54,983 nt of DNA from assembly GCA_021443845.1 (NCBI GenBank), contig JABUTA010000001.1, positions 1 to 54,983 on the forward strand. The letters are read 5' to 3'. The position numbers and the translations under genes are program-made. The DNA is from Parasporobacterium sp. (lineage in GTDB: Bacteria > Bacillota > Clostridia > Lachnospirales > Lachnospiraceae). Numbering within the stretch: position 1 is the first letter of the stretch; every line of letters begins with the position of its first letter. Of this stretch, positions 9,870-19,733 are shown piece after piece. Under the pieces are notes generated by a model. That model saw only the letters and a list, made by a program, of their open reading frames with translations. It had not been told where the DNA came from and did no database searches.

Positions 9870-11343
9870 ACACGTCAGGAAAATTAACAGAGTCAGAAAA
9901 AAGATCAATAAGGGCAGAGTTGTAAACCGGGAAATATCAAGAGTATTTATTTTCTTTTCCATTGTTTTTGCTGCTCTTGGTGTTTATATTGTCCTTTTTC
10001 TGGCATTCGATTCAAGTTCTGTGATAAATAACAGTTATAACAGAAGAACTGAAGCTCTCGATAAATCTGTTGTAAGGGGCAGTATACTTGCATCTGACGG
10101 TACTGCACTTGCGTATACATCTGTGGATGCTGAAGGCAGGGAATACAGGTATTATCCATACAGTAATTATTTTGCCCATTCGGTAGGATTCAGTTCAAAC
10201 GGGATGCTGGGAATTGAATCCTCATACAATTATTATCTTCTTACTTCCCATGCAAGTCTGTGGGATAAGATATCCAATGAATTCAGGGGAATTAAAAATC
10301 CCGGAGACAGTGTGCTTACAACTTTGAATACCGGCCTCCAGATATATATATCAGATTTACTTGGGAATAATAACGCAGCGGTTATCTGCATGAATCCTGA
10401 TACAGGCGAAGTTTATGCAATGGTATCAAAACCTGAATTTGATCCCAATGTCATCAGTGAAATCTGGGAATATATCACATCGGAGGAGGGTGCTGCAGAC
10501 GGAAACGGAAGTATCCTGCTTAACAGGACGACTCAGGGTCTTTATACACCGGGTTCCACGTTTAAAATATTTACTTTATATGAATATTACAGGGAACATC
10601 CTGAGAAGATATCTGTGTACAGTTATGACTGCGAAGGTTCTGTAAATGTAGGTGACACATCAATTTCATGCTTTTCGGGAGCCCACGGGCATGAAGATCT
10701 GAAAGCCGCCCTGGCAAATTCCTGCAACTGTTCATTCGGAACCATAGGTTCTACCCTTGATCTGGCTCAGTTTGCTGCCGTAAATAAAAAACTATTATTT
10801 GACACGACACTGCCAATAGATATATCATCATACAGTAGTGTTTATTCTCTGAAAGAAAGTGATTCGGATTATGATATTATGGCTACTGCCATAGGGCAGG
10901 GCAATACGCAGGTGACACCCCTTCATCTTGCCATGGTTGTAAGTGCAATTGCAAATGATGGTGTATGTATGAAGCCTCATCTTGTGAAATCCATCATTAA
11001 TCCCTACGGAGAAGTCACAAAGCAGTTTAAGAATGAGATTTATACAGAATTATTCACACCCCAGGATGCATCATTTCTGAAGGAATACCTAAGGGCAGTT
11101 GTAACTGACGGAACAGCGTCAGCAGTGTACCCCGGTAATTTTGTTGCATACGGCAAAACCGGTACTGCGGAAAAGGAAAGTGATACCATTGGTGACTATG
11201 ATCATTCCTGGTTTGCAGGATGGGCTGAGAATAATGAACAGAAGCTCTGTGTATGCGTGCTTATTGAAAATATGGAGTCCTCCGGCCTCAGTGCAGTATA
11301 TGTGAGCAAGCTCATTTTTGACTATTATTTCAGCTATTTTTAA
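9850..11343 (+). CDS. class B penicillin-binding protein (transpeptidase)
   Basis: N-terminal TM segment, then STFK, SCN and KTGT motifs in order. Overlaps the SEDS gene by 20 nt. Confidence 0.9.
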   Translation: MTYDTDKHVRKINRVRKKINKGRVVNREISRVFIFFSIVFAALGVYIVLFLAFDSSSVINNSYNRRTEALDKSVVRGSILASDGTALAYTSVDAEGREYRYYPYSNYFAHSVGFSSNGMLGIESSYNYYLLTSHASLWDKISNEFRGIKNPGDSVLTTLNTGLQIYISDLLGNNNAAVICMNPDTGEVYAMVSKPEFDPNVISEIWEYITSEEGAADGNGSILLNRTTQGLYTPGSTFKIFTLYEYYREHPEKISVYSYDCEGSVNVGDTSISCFSGAHGHEDLKAALANSCNCSFGTIGSTLDLAQFAAVNKKLLFDTTLPIDISSYSSVYSLKESDSDYDIMATAIGQGNTQVTPLHLAMVVSAIANDGVCMKPHLVKSIINPYGEVTKQFKNEIYTELFTPQDASFLKEYLRAVVTDGTASAVYPGNFVAYGKTGTAEKESDTIGDYDHSWFAGWAENNEQKLCVCVLIENMESSGLSAVYVSKLIFDYYFSYF

Positions 11344-11355
11344 AAGGATGCATAT

Positions 11356-12234
11356 ATGATAAGCAGTATGACAGGCTTCGGAAGAAGCGAAAAAATTAAT
11401 GAAACATTAAAACTCACAGTTGAACTCAAATCCGTAAATCATAAGTATCTCGATCTTAATATCAAGATGCCCAGAAAATTCAACCAGTTTGAAAGCAGCA
11501 TACGCAATGTACTTAAAAAATACTGTTCCAGAGGTAAAATAGATCTGTTCATATCTTATGAAGATCTAAGTGACAGCACAAAGTCCCTCAGATATAACAA
11601 GGCACTGGCACAGGAATATCTGGAGTATTATAAAATGATCAGAGATGAGCTGAATGTTGCTGATGATATTAAGACTTCAGTCATAGCAAGATGTCCTGAT
11701 GTTCTGGTGCTGGAAGAACAGGATGCAGACGAGGATCAGTTATGGCATGCCCTTGAGGATGTGCTGGAAAATGCATTTTCATCCTTTAAGGAATCCCGGG
11801 TTTCAGAAGGTGAGTCCCTGAAAAACAACATTCTTGAAAAGCTGGATGATATGGACAGGATAGTTGATTTTATAGAAAAACACCTTCCTGATATTATTTC
11901 CGAATACAGAAGCAAGCTTGAGGACAGAGTTAAGGAATTCCTGGAAAACAGTCAGATAGATGAATCAAGGATTGCCGCAGAGGTTACCATATTCGCTGAT
12001 AAGATTGCTGTAGATGAGGAAATTGTCCGTTTAAGAACACATATCAGAAAAATGAGGGATATCCTCAATAAAGGCGGAGAAGTTGGAAGAAACCTGGATT
12101 TTCTGGCTCAGGAAATGAACCGGGAGTCCAATACCATCCTTTCCAAATCTTCAAATATTGAGATTACAGACTGTGGTATTGAATTGAAAACCTGCATAGA
12201 AAAAATAAGGGAACAGGTACAGAATATTGAATAA
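11356..12234 (+). CDS. yicC: YicC/YloC family stress-induced protein (endoribonuclease family)
   Basis: MTGFGRSE N-terminus, C-terminal NREsNTilSKS-like motif (NRESNTILSKS), and conserved position upstream of gmk-rpoZ. Confidence 0.9.
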   Translation: MISSMTGFGRSEKINETLKLTVELKSVNHKYLDLNIKMPRKFNQFESSIRNVLKKYCSRGKIDLFISYEDLSDSTKSLRYNKALAQEYLEYYKMIRDELNVADDIKTSVIARCPDVLVLEEQDADEDQLWHALEDVLENAFSSFKESRVSEGESLKNNILEKLDDMDRIVDFIEKHLPDIISEYRSKLEDRVKEFLENSQIDESRIAAEVTIFADKIAVDEEIVRLRTHIRKMRDILNKGGEVGRNLDFLAQEMNRESNTILSKSSNIEITDCGIELKTCIEKIREQVQNIE

Positions 12235-12811
12235 TAAAGGTGTACTGCTAATAGTAAGCGGCCCGTCAGGGGCAGGAAAAGGAACAATATGTAATGAGAT
12301 AGTCAGAAAATATCCCGATGAATATTCCCTGTCTGTTTCAGCCACATCCAGAGCTCCCAGAGGAGAAGAGAAAGACGGTGTTGAATATTTTTTCAAGTCC
12401 CGGGAAGAATTTGAAAAGCTTATAGCTGAGGATAAGCTACTTGAATATGCATGTTACGTGGGCAATTACTACGGTACTCCCAAACAGTGGGTTACTGATA
12501 AACTTGAACAGGGAGTAAATATCATTCTTGAAATAGATCTTCAGGGTGCATTTCAGGTTAGTGAAAAGATTCCGGGAACTGTTCTTGTATTTGTAATGCC
12601 TCCCAGTATGGAAGAACTGGAAAAAAGATTGCGCAGACGAAATACTGAAACAGAAGCACAGATACTGAGCCGCATAGAAAGGGCCCGGGAGGAACTTGAT
12701 TACGCTGACAGATATGACTATGTAATAACAAATGATGATGTTGAAAAATCAGTTGATATGTTGCATAATATAGCGGTATCTGAAAAAATGAAATTATTCA
12801 AGGAGAATTAA
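12227..12811 (+). CDS. gmk: guanylate kinase
   Basis: P-loop SGPSGAGKGT and ATSRAPRGEE motif. Confidence 0.95.
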   Translation: MNNKGVLLIVSGPSGAGKGTICNEIVRKYPDEYSLSVSATSRAPRGEEKDGVEYFFKSREEFEKLIAEDKLLEYACYVGNYYGTPKQWVTDKLEQGVNIILEIDLQGAFQVSEKIPGTVLVFVMPPSMEELEKRLRRRNTETEAQILSRIERAREELDYADRYDYVITNDDVEKSVDMLHNIAVSEKMKLFKEN

Positions 12812-12814
12812 AAT

Positions 12815-13048
12815 ATGTTACATCCATCATATACAGATCTTATGGATGCTGTTAACAGCGAGGTAGAAAACGGAGAACAGCCTGTTGTACAGAGCAGATA
12901 TTCAATAGTTATGGCAGCATCAAAGAGAGCACGCCAGCTTGTGGACGGTGCGGAACCCATGGTTCCTGCTGCAGGATTAAAGCCGCTGTCAGCTGCTGTT
13001 GAGGAAATCTATTCACAGAAAGTTACGATCATAAATAGTGAAGACTAA
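12815..13048 (+). CDS. rpoZ: DNA-directed RNA polymerase subunit omega
   Basis: 77 aa, SRYSIVMAASKRARQL core, located immediately after gmk. Confidence 0.92.
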   Translation: MLHPSYTDLMDAVNSEVENGEQPVVQSRYSIVMAASKRARQLVDGAEPMVPAAGLKPLSAAVEEIYSQKVTIINSED

Positions 13049-14382
13049 TGCTTAAAGTTAATTTGATTTCGCTTGGATGCGATAAAAACAGAGTGGATTC
13101 AGAAGAAATGCTGGGGCTTTTGAATGCTGCCGGCTTTTCTTTTTCTGACGATGAATCTGAAGCTGACATAATTATTATCAATACATGCTGCTTTATAGAT
13201 GATGCCAAAATGGAGTCAATAGACACCATTCTTGAAATGGCTGAATATAAAGAGATGGGAAGCTGCAGATACATATTTGTTGCAGGATGTCTGTCTGAAA
13301 GATATAAAGAAGAAATTCTTGTTCAGTTTCCGGAAGTTGACGGATTTATCGGAACCGGAGACCTTAAAAAGATTCTTGAAATCATCAGGGAACAGCTTGA
13401 AATGGATGACCCGGATGAGGCGGAAAAAATCCGAATACCTGAAGAAACAAATAAACATGACCGTATCATAACGACTCCGGGACATTATGAGTTCCTTAAA
13501 ATTGCCGAAGGATGCAGCAAGAGATGCACCTACTGCATAATTCCTTATATAAGAGGCAGCTACAGAAGCTTTCCCATGGACAGGCTTGTTGATGAAGCAG
13601 AACAGCTTGCGTCCCGGGGAGTTACAGAGATGATCATTGTTGCCCAGGAAACCAGTATTTACGGAAAAGATATTTACGGAAAAGAATGTCTTCCGGAACT
13701 TCTGAGGCGCATTGCGGACATAGAAGGTATAAAGTGGATCCGTGTTCTTTACTGCTATCCTGAAGATATTACTGATGAATTTCTTAAGGTAATGGCTTCA
13801 GAACCTAAGATCTGCAGATATATAGATATGCCTGTACAGCATGCATCTGACAGGATTCTGAAAAGAATGGGAAGAAGAACCCGGCATGATGATATCCTTG
13901 CAATTATTGAAAAAGCACGCAGGATGGTTCCCGGGGTTGCCCTTAGAACATCACTGATAACAGGTTTCCCCGGAGAGACTGAGGATGACCACAGAATTCT
14001 TGTTGATTTCGTCAAGAAAGCACGCTTTGAGCATCTTGGTGTATTTACTTATTCTCAGGAGGAAGGTACACCTGCAGCAGGATTTGACGATCAGATACCT
14101 GAAGATATCAGAAAATCAAGGCGTGATGAGATAATGCAGATCCAGGAGCTTATTTCATATGAGAATCTTGCAGCACATATAGGTGAAACCTTTGATGTTG
14201 TAGTTGACGGATATCTTCCTGACGAAGATGTTTATGTCGGCAGGACATATATGGATGCCCCTGATGTAGACGGAGCATTTTTCTTCAGATGTGAAAGACA
14301 GCTGATGACCGGGGATCATATTTTCTGCGAAGTAACAAATGTCAGTGATTATGATTTTTACGGTGAAATTGCCGGGCAGTGA
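13048..14382 (+). CDS. rimO: ribosomal protein S12 methylthiotransferase RimO
   Basis: N-terminal LGCDKN UPF0004 domain, radical SAM CSKRCTYCIIP, and C-terminal TRAM-like domain. Confidence 0.9.
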   Translation: MLKVNLISLGCDKNRVDSEEMLGLLNAAGFSFSDDESEADIIIINTCCFIDDAKMESIDTILEMAEYKEMGSCRYIFVAGCLSERYKEEILVQFPEVDGFIGTGDLKKILEIIREQLEMDDPDEAEKIRIPEETNKHDRIITTPGHYEFLKIAEGCSKRCTYCIIPYIRGSYRSFPMDRLVDEAEQLASRGVTEMIIVAQETSIYGKDIYGKECLPELLRRIADIEGIKWIRVLYCYPEDITDEFLKVMASEPKICRYIDMPVQHASDRILKRMGRRTRHDDILAIIEKARRMVPGVALRTSLITGFPGETEDDHRILVDFVKKARFEHLGVFTYSQEEGTPAAGFDDQIPEDIRKSRRDEIMQIQELISYENLAAHIGETFDVVVDGYLPDEDVYVGRTYMDAPDVDGAFFFRCERQLMTGDHIFCEVTNVSDYDFYGEIAGQ

Positions 14383-14398
14383 CTGGTGAGGTGATATT

Positions 14399-14968
14399 AT
14401 GAATCTGGCAAATAAACTTACCGTGCTTCGAATTATTTTTATCCCTTTTTATTTACTTTTTCTGCTGGTTCCCATAACAGATTACCATTTCATTATCGCC
14501 GGGTTATTATTCATAGCTGCATCAATAACAGATATGCTGGACGGAAAGATAGCCCGAAAGAGAAACCTTGTAACTGACTTCGGTAAATTTGCGGATCCTC
14601 TGGCAGACAAACTTCTGGTACTTTCTGCAATGATAGCTTTTGTGGAGATGGGTCTTATGCCTTCCTGGATATGTATTATTGTTATGGCCAGAGAAGTTGC
14701 AATAAGCGGTTTCAGACTGGTCTGTGCAGGAAAGGGTACAGTTATTGCAGCATCAAAGCTGGGCAAACTGAAAACTGTATCCCAGATGTTGTTCATTATT
14801 CTGACGACTTTTAATTTGGGATTCTATTTCAGGGATACTGCTCCCGGCTTCTGTAATGCAATAGAGATAATAAGACTTATTATCATGTATTTTGCACTTG
14901 CCATGACGGTTATTTCACTTGTGGATTATTTTTATAAAAACCGGAAGGCTTTCGGGAACATAAAGTAA
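14399..14968 (+). CDS. pgsA: CDP-diacylglycerol--glycerol-3-phosphate 3-phosphatidyltransferase
   Basis: CDP-alcohol phosphatidyltransferase motif DMLDGKIARK...GKFADPLADK in a multi-TM protein. Confidence 0.93.
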   Translation: MNLANKLTVLRIIFIPFYLLFLLVPITDYHFIIAGLLFIAASITDMLDGKIARKRNLVTDFGKFADPLADKLLVLSAMIAFVEMGLMPSWICIIVMAREVAISGFRLVCAGKGTVIAASKLGKLKTVSQMLFIILTTFNLGFYFRDTAPGFCNAIEIIRLIIMYFALAMTVISLVDYFYKNRKAFGNIK

Positions 14969-14974
14969 AAAAAT

Positions 14975-15002
14975 ATGCCCGGCTGTTAATCCAGCCGGGC
15001 AT
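14975..15002. terminator. bidirectional terminator between pgsA and recA
   Basis: atgcccggctg-ttaatc-cagccgggcat forms an 11-bp GC-rich stem. An A run lies upstream and T-rich sequence downstream, between convergent genes. Confidence 0.75.
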
Positions 15003-15026
15003 TATCATGCATAAAAGGAACTGTTA

Positions 15027-16124
15027 TCAGTCAAGGTCAAGATCATCCGGATTCTTATCTGCCAGTCCGAAAGAAGCAAGGAAATCGTCCTCATCTTCTT
15101 TTGAAGGAAGTACCGGTTCTTCAGCAAACTCACCATTGAATCCCATTTTATCCCTTACTGCTGCCTGTATTCTGGCGAAGAATTCAGGATTGCTCTTAAG
15201 GTAGTTCTTTGTATTTTCACGGCCCTGACCGATCTTTTCGGAATTATAGGAGAACCATGCGCCGGATTTGCCTATGATTCCGAATTCAACTGCCTGGTCG
15301 AGGATATCACCTACAGCTGAAATGCCTTCACCGAAAATAATATCAAATTCCGCCTCTCTGAAGGGTGGGGCGACTTTATTTTTGACAACCTTTGCCCTGA
15401 CACGGTTTCCTATAACTTCCCCGGCCTGCTTGATGGATTCGATCCTTCTTATATCGATACGCACTGATGCGTAAAACTTAAGGGCACGGCCACCGGTTGT
15501 TGTTTCCGACGGTCCGTAAAAGACACCGATTTTTTCACGGAGCTGATTGATAAAAATGATAGAGCAGCCTGTTTTATTGGCAACTGCAGTAAGCTTTCTG
15601 AGAGCCTGGCTCATGAGCCTTGCCTGAGCACCTACTGTTGCCTCACCCATTTCACCTTCAATCTCATGCTTGGGAACAAGGGCCGCAACTGAGTCAACAA
15701 CTATAATGTCAATGGCACCGGACCGAACCATGGTCTCGCATATCTCGAGTCCCTGCTCACCGTAATCAGGCTGTGATATGTAAAGATTGTCAACATCAAC
15801 ACCGATATCCTTTGCATATTTGGGGTCAAGAGCATGCTCTGCATCAATAAATCCCGCAATACCACCTGATTTCTGAACTTCTGCAACTATATGAAGTGCC
15901 AGAGTAGTCTTTCCGCTGGCTTCAGGACCGTAAATCTCGATTATACGTCCCTTAGGGATACCGCCTACGCCAAGAGCCTTATCAAGACTGATAGAGCCTG
16001 TAGGTATGGTTTCCACATCCATGGCAGATTTGTCACCCAGCTTCATGACGGAACCTTTTCCGTAATCTTTTTCAATTTTGCTGATAGCAGCATCCAGTGC
16101 TTTTCTTTTTTCGTTATTATCCAT
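15027..16124 (-). CDS. recA: recombinase RecA
   Basis: [12 protein letters not shown] Walker [20 protein letters not shown], and an acidic C-terminal tail. Confidence 0.97.
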   Translation of the reverse strand: MDNNEKRKALDAAISKIEKDYGKGSVMKLGDKSAMDVETIPTGSISLDKALGVGGIPKGRIIEIYGPEASGKTTLALHIVAEVQKSGGIAGFIDAEHALDPKYAKDIGVDVDNLYISQPDYGEQGLEICETMVRSGAIDIIVVDSVAALVPKHEIEGEMGEATVGAQARLMSQALRKLTAVANKTGCSIIFINQLREKIGVFYGPSETTTGGRALKFYASVRIDIRRIESIKQAGEVIGNRVRAKVVKNKVAPPFREAEFDIIFGEGISAVGDILDQAVEFGIIGKSGAWFSYNSEKIGQGRENTKNYLKSNPEFFARIQAAVRDKMGFNGEFAEEPVLPSKEDEDDFLASFGLADKNPDDLDLD

Positions 16125-16146
16125 ATAAATCTCCTTTTAGCAGACA

Positions 16147-16194
16147 CGAACTAATGTTCGACTAAATGTTACAACACGCCATCCTTTTTGTCAA
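16147..16194 (-). promoter_or_regulatory. recA promoter with LexA (Cheo) box
   Basis: On the minus strand: TTGACA (16189-16194), 17-nt spacer, TAACAT (16166-16171). The perfect palindromic box CGAACTAATGTTCG sits at 16147-16160, between the -10 element and the RBS. Confidence 0.75.
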
Positions 16195-16296
16195 CTTTTT
16201 TTGTCAGTCAATATGAAGCATCAAGTGTTCTTCTTACTGAAATTATACATGTTTCATATGTAAATTATTGTACTCTGATGTGCTGATTTTTTTACC

Positions 16297-16325
16297 TTGA
16301 AAATCAATACATTTTTTAGTAATAT
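16297..16325 (+). promoter_or_regulatory. sigma-A type promoter for the EF-G paralog
   Basis: TTGAAA (16297-16302), 17-nt spacer, TAATAT (16320-16325). Confidence 0.5.
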
Positions 16326-16368
16326 TTACTCATATGACATATGAAAAAAATAATTGGAGGTATTTTTC

Positions 16369-18456
16369 ATGAATGTTTATAAGACAGAAAACATCAGAAA
16401 CGTCATTTTAATGGGACATGGCGGTGCAGGTAAATCCACCACTGCAGAAGCAATGGCTTTTTCTACCGGCATCATCAGCAGAATGGGTAATATTACGGAT
16501 GGAAATACTATATCCGACTTTGATAAAGAAGAAATCAAAAGAAAATTCTCTATCAATTCAACTGTAATTCCTGTTGAATATGATGGAATCAAGATCAACT
16601 TACTTGACACACCGGGTTATTTCGATTTTATCGGTGCTACAGAAGATGCTCTCAGTGTCTGTGACGGAGCTGTAATCGTTGTCAATGCAAAATCAGGTGT
16701 TGAAGTAGGTACTGCCAAAGGCTGGGCTTTCTGCGAAAAATTCGGAGTTCCAAGGATCATGTTCGTATCCGGTATGGACGATGCAAATGCTGACTATCAG
16801 AAGATATGTGTTGATCTGAAGGCCAATTTCGGCAACAAGATAGCACCTTTCCAGATTCCGTTCAGAGAAGGCGGTGCTATTGCAGGCTATGTTGATGTTA
16901 TTGCTCAGAAGGCATATAAATACAAACCAAACGGAACAGCCGAAGAATGTGCTATCCCTGCAGATCTTCAGGATTCTGCTGCAGAAGTAAGAGAAAGCAT
17001 CATGGAAAATGTTGCTGAAACATCTGAAGAACTTATGGAAAAATACTTCGGCGGTGAAGAATTTACAGACGAAGAAATCCTTAACGCACTTCATACTGCA
17101 GTAACAGAGGGTGACATTGTGCCTGTATTTGCAGGTTCTGCGATCAAGAACTTCGGAACAGTTACTCTTATGAATGCTATTAAGACATATTTCCCGGATC
17201 CTGCTACATCACCTACCATCAGATCAGGCAACGATGCCAATACGGATGAGGTTTATGAGTGCAAATGTGATCCTGCCGGACCTCTTGCAGCATATGTATT
17301 CAAGACTATCATCGACCCGTTCATCGGTAAATATTCACTGGTTAAGGTATATTCAGGTGTACTTAAGGCTGATGATATGCTTTACAACGCTGAGTCAGGC
17401 CAGTCTGAAAAGATTGCCAAACTGTATATCATGAGAGGCTCAAAGGTAGAAGAAGTCAAGGAACTCCAGCCGGGTGATATCGGTGCCATAGGCAAGCTTG
17501 ACCTTGCAAAGACAGGTGATACCCTTTCAAGAAAAGAGGCTCCTATCACACTTTACAAGTTTGTATACTCACAGCCTTACACATACAAGAAGTATTCTGC
17601 AGCAAACAAAGGCGAAGAGGATAAGATATCATCTTCACTTGCAAAGCTCTGTGCAGAGGATAAGACACTCAGAGTTGTTGCTGATGAAGAAAACAAACAG
17701 GCACTTATCTATGGTATCGGCGATCAGCAGCTTGATGTTGTTGCATCTAAGATGAAGGAAAAATATAAAGTTGAGATCATCCTCGAAAAGCCTGCATTCC
17801 CGTTCCGTGAGACTCTCAGAAAGACTGCAGAAGTTGAAGGAAAGCATAAGAAGCAGTCAGGCGGTCACGGACAGTACGGACATGTTAAGATGATCTTCGA
17901 ACCATCAGGTGATCTTGAAACACCTTATGTATTCGAAGAGAAGATCTTCGGCGGATCTGTTCCGAGAAACTTCTTCCCGGCAGTAGAAAAGGGTATCCAG
18001 GAATGCGTTCTCAGAGGACCTCTTGCAAATTATCCTGTTGTAGGTGTTAAGGCTACACTTATCGATGGTTCTTACCATCCTGTAGATTCAAACGAAATGT
18101 CGTTCAAGATGGCTTCTACACTTGCATTCAAGAAGGGCTTCATGGCTGCAAATCCTGTTCTTCTTGAGCCTATTGCTTCTCTCAAGGTTACTGTTCCGAA
18201 TGATTTCACAGGTGATGTAATGGGTGATCTTAACAAGAGAAGAGGACGTGTTCTGGGAATGAATCCCGAAGAGCCGGGCAAGACCTGCATTGAGGCAGAT
18301 ATTCCTATGTCAGAGCTTTACGGATACAATACAGATCTTCGCTCAATGACAGGCGGTTACGGTGATTTCTCTTATGAATTTGCACGTTATGAGCAGGCTC
18401 ATGCAGATGTTCAGCAGAAGGAAGTTGCTGCTCGTCAGACAAAGGATGAAGATTAA
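16369..18456 (+). CDS. elongation factor G paralog (EF-G II-like translational GTPase)
   Basis: P-loop GHGGAGKST, DTPGYFDF, and EF-G domains II-V are recognisable through the C-terminus. I place the start at the ATG at 16369, preceded by GGAGG at 16356-16360, rather than at the TTG at 16354. Confidence 0.88.
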   Translation: MNVYKTENIRNVILMGHGGAGKSTTAEAMAFSTGIISRMGNITDGNTISDFDKEEIKRKFSINSTVIPVEYDGIKINLLDTPGYFDFIGATEDALSVCDGAVIVVNAKSGVEVGTAKGWAFCEKFGVPRIMFVSGMDDANADYQKICVDLKANFGNKIAPFQIPFREGGAIAGYVDVIAQKAYKYKPNGTAEECAIPADLQDSAAEVRESIMENVAETSEELMEKYFGGEEFTDEEILNALHTAVTEGDIVPVFAGSAIKNFGTVTLMNAIKTYFPDPATSPTIRSGNDANTDEVYECKCDPAGPLAAYVFKTIIDPFIGKYSLVKVYSGVLKADDMLYNAESGQSEKIAKLYIMRGSKVEEVKELQPGDIGAIGKLDLAKTGDTLSRKEAPITLYKFVYSQPYTYKKYSAANKGEEDKISSSLAKLCAEDKTLRVVADEENKQALIYGIGDQQLDVVASKMKEKYKVEIILEKPAFPFRETLRKTAEVEGKHKKQSGGHGQYGHVKMIFEPSGDLETPYVFEEKIFGGSVPRNFFPAVEKGIQECVLRGPLANYPVVGVKATLIDGSYHPVDSNEMSFKMASTLAFKKGFMAANPVLLEPIASLKVTVPNDFTGDVMGDLNKRRGRVLGMNPEEPGKTCIEADIPMSELYGYNTDLRSMTGGYGDFSYEFARYEQAHADVQQKEVAARQTKDED

Positions 18457-18462
18457 GTTTAT

Positions 18463-19731
18463 ATGTATTATGATATAATTATTGTTGGTGGCGGTGCATC
18501 TGGTTTATGCACCGCCATTCACGCAAAAACAGAAAATAATTCAATCCTCATACTGGATCATAATAACATACCGGGAAAGAAAATTCTTTCAACAGGAAAC
18601 GGCAGATGCAATCTTACCAATGTAAATGCATCTGTTGATCTGTTCGGCAGCAATCCGGAAGGTCTTGTTCCTTATATGACATCCGGTGATCCTCTTTTTT
18701 ACCATGAGGTAATAAAGCAGTTTGACTGTCATGACACAGTTAATTTTTTTGCGGAAAACGGATTGTTCTGTATTGACAAAAACGGATATGTTTATCCCCG
18801 GTCCGAGCAGGCTTCAACAGTTCTTGAAATCCTCAGATCCAGGTGTGAAGACCTGGGTATAGAAATAAGGACCGGTCACGATGTGAAAACCATTACCAAG
18901 AAAAAAGATGCTCTGTTTGTTGTGGATTCCATGTTTGAGTGTACCAATCTCGTTATTGCCACAGGGGGACTTGCCGGGGCAAATACAGGAAATGACGGAA
19001 GTGGTTATAAGATGGCTCAGTCATTCGGCCACGAGCTTGTAGAGCCTATTCCGGCTTTATGCGGCATAAGGTGCCGTGATGATTTTTTTAAATATCTGAA
19101 GGGTACCAGAACTGACGGAAAGCTTGCATTTAAGGCGGATAACAGAGACATTAATGTTCACGGAAATATCCAGTTCACAGATTACGGTATTTCCGGAATA
19201 CCCACATTTCAGATTTCATCAATTATCGGTTATATGCTTTCAATAGGTGAACAGCCTGTTATTTCCATAGACTTTCTTCCGGATATAGCTCTTGTGGATC
19301 TTGTGAAGCTCCTTCAGAATAATTACAGACTTAACCATAGTGATTTAAAGGAAATCAAACCGGATGAAAGGATGCTTATAGGTCTTCTCAATAAAAATGT
19401 TGCGATGGTTATTCTGCGCCAGTATGCCCATGTAAAGGATAATTCTTCCGTTGAATCCATGTGTGTGGCAATTGCACGTCTTATCAAAGTATTCCAGGTG
19501 CATCCTTATGAGCTTATGGCTTTTGAAAATGCCCAGACTACTGCCGGAGGTATATACACCGGCGATGTTAATTCACGTACTATGGAATCAATGAAAATTA
19601 AAGGGCTGTTCTTTACGGGAGAGGTGCTTGATGTCAATGGCATTTGCGGAGGATATAACCTCCAGTGGGCCTTCAGTACTGCAGCAATATGCGGTCGTGC
19701 TCTCAAAGCAAGACAGGCACTGAGATTATAA
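18463..19731 (+). CDS. HI0933/BaiN-family NAD(P)/FAD-dependent oxidoreductase
   Basis: YDIIIVGGGASGL dinucleotide-binding N-terminus and a C-terminal GLFFTGEVLDVNGICGGYNLQWAFS motif typical of the family. Confidence 0.85.
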   Translation: MYYDIIIVGGGASGLCTAIHAKTENNSILILDHNNIPGKKILSTGNGRCNLTNVNASVDLFGSNPEGLVPYMTSGDPLFYHEVIKQFDCHDTVNFFAENGLFCIDKNGYVYPRSEQASTVLEILRSRCEDLGIEIRTGHDVKTITKKKDALFVVDSMFECTNLVIATGGLAGANTGNDGSGYKMAQSFGHELVEPIPALCGIRCRDDFFKYLKGTRTDGKLAFKADNRDINVHGNIQFTDYGISGIPTFQISSIIGYMLSIGEQPVISIDFLPDIALVDLVKLLQNNYRLNHSDLKEIKPDERMLIGLLNKNVAMVILRQYAHVKDNSSVESMCVAIARLIKVFQVHPYELMAFENAQTTAGGIYTGDVNSRTMESMKIKGLFFTGEVLDVNGICGGYNLQWAFSTAAICGRALKARQALRL

Positions 19732-19733
19732 AT

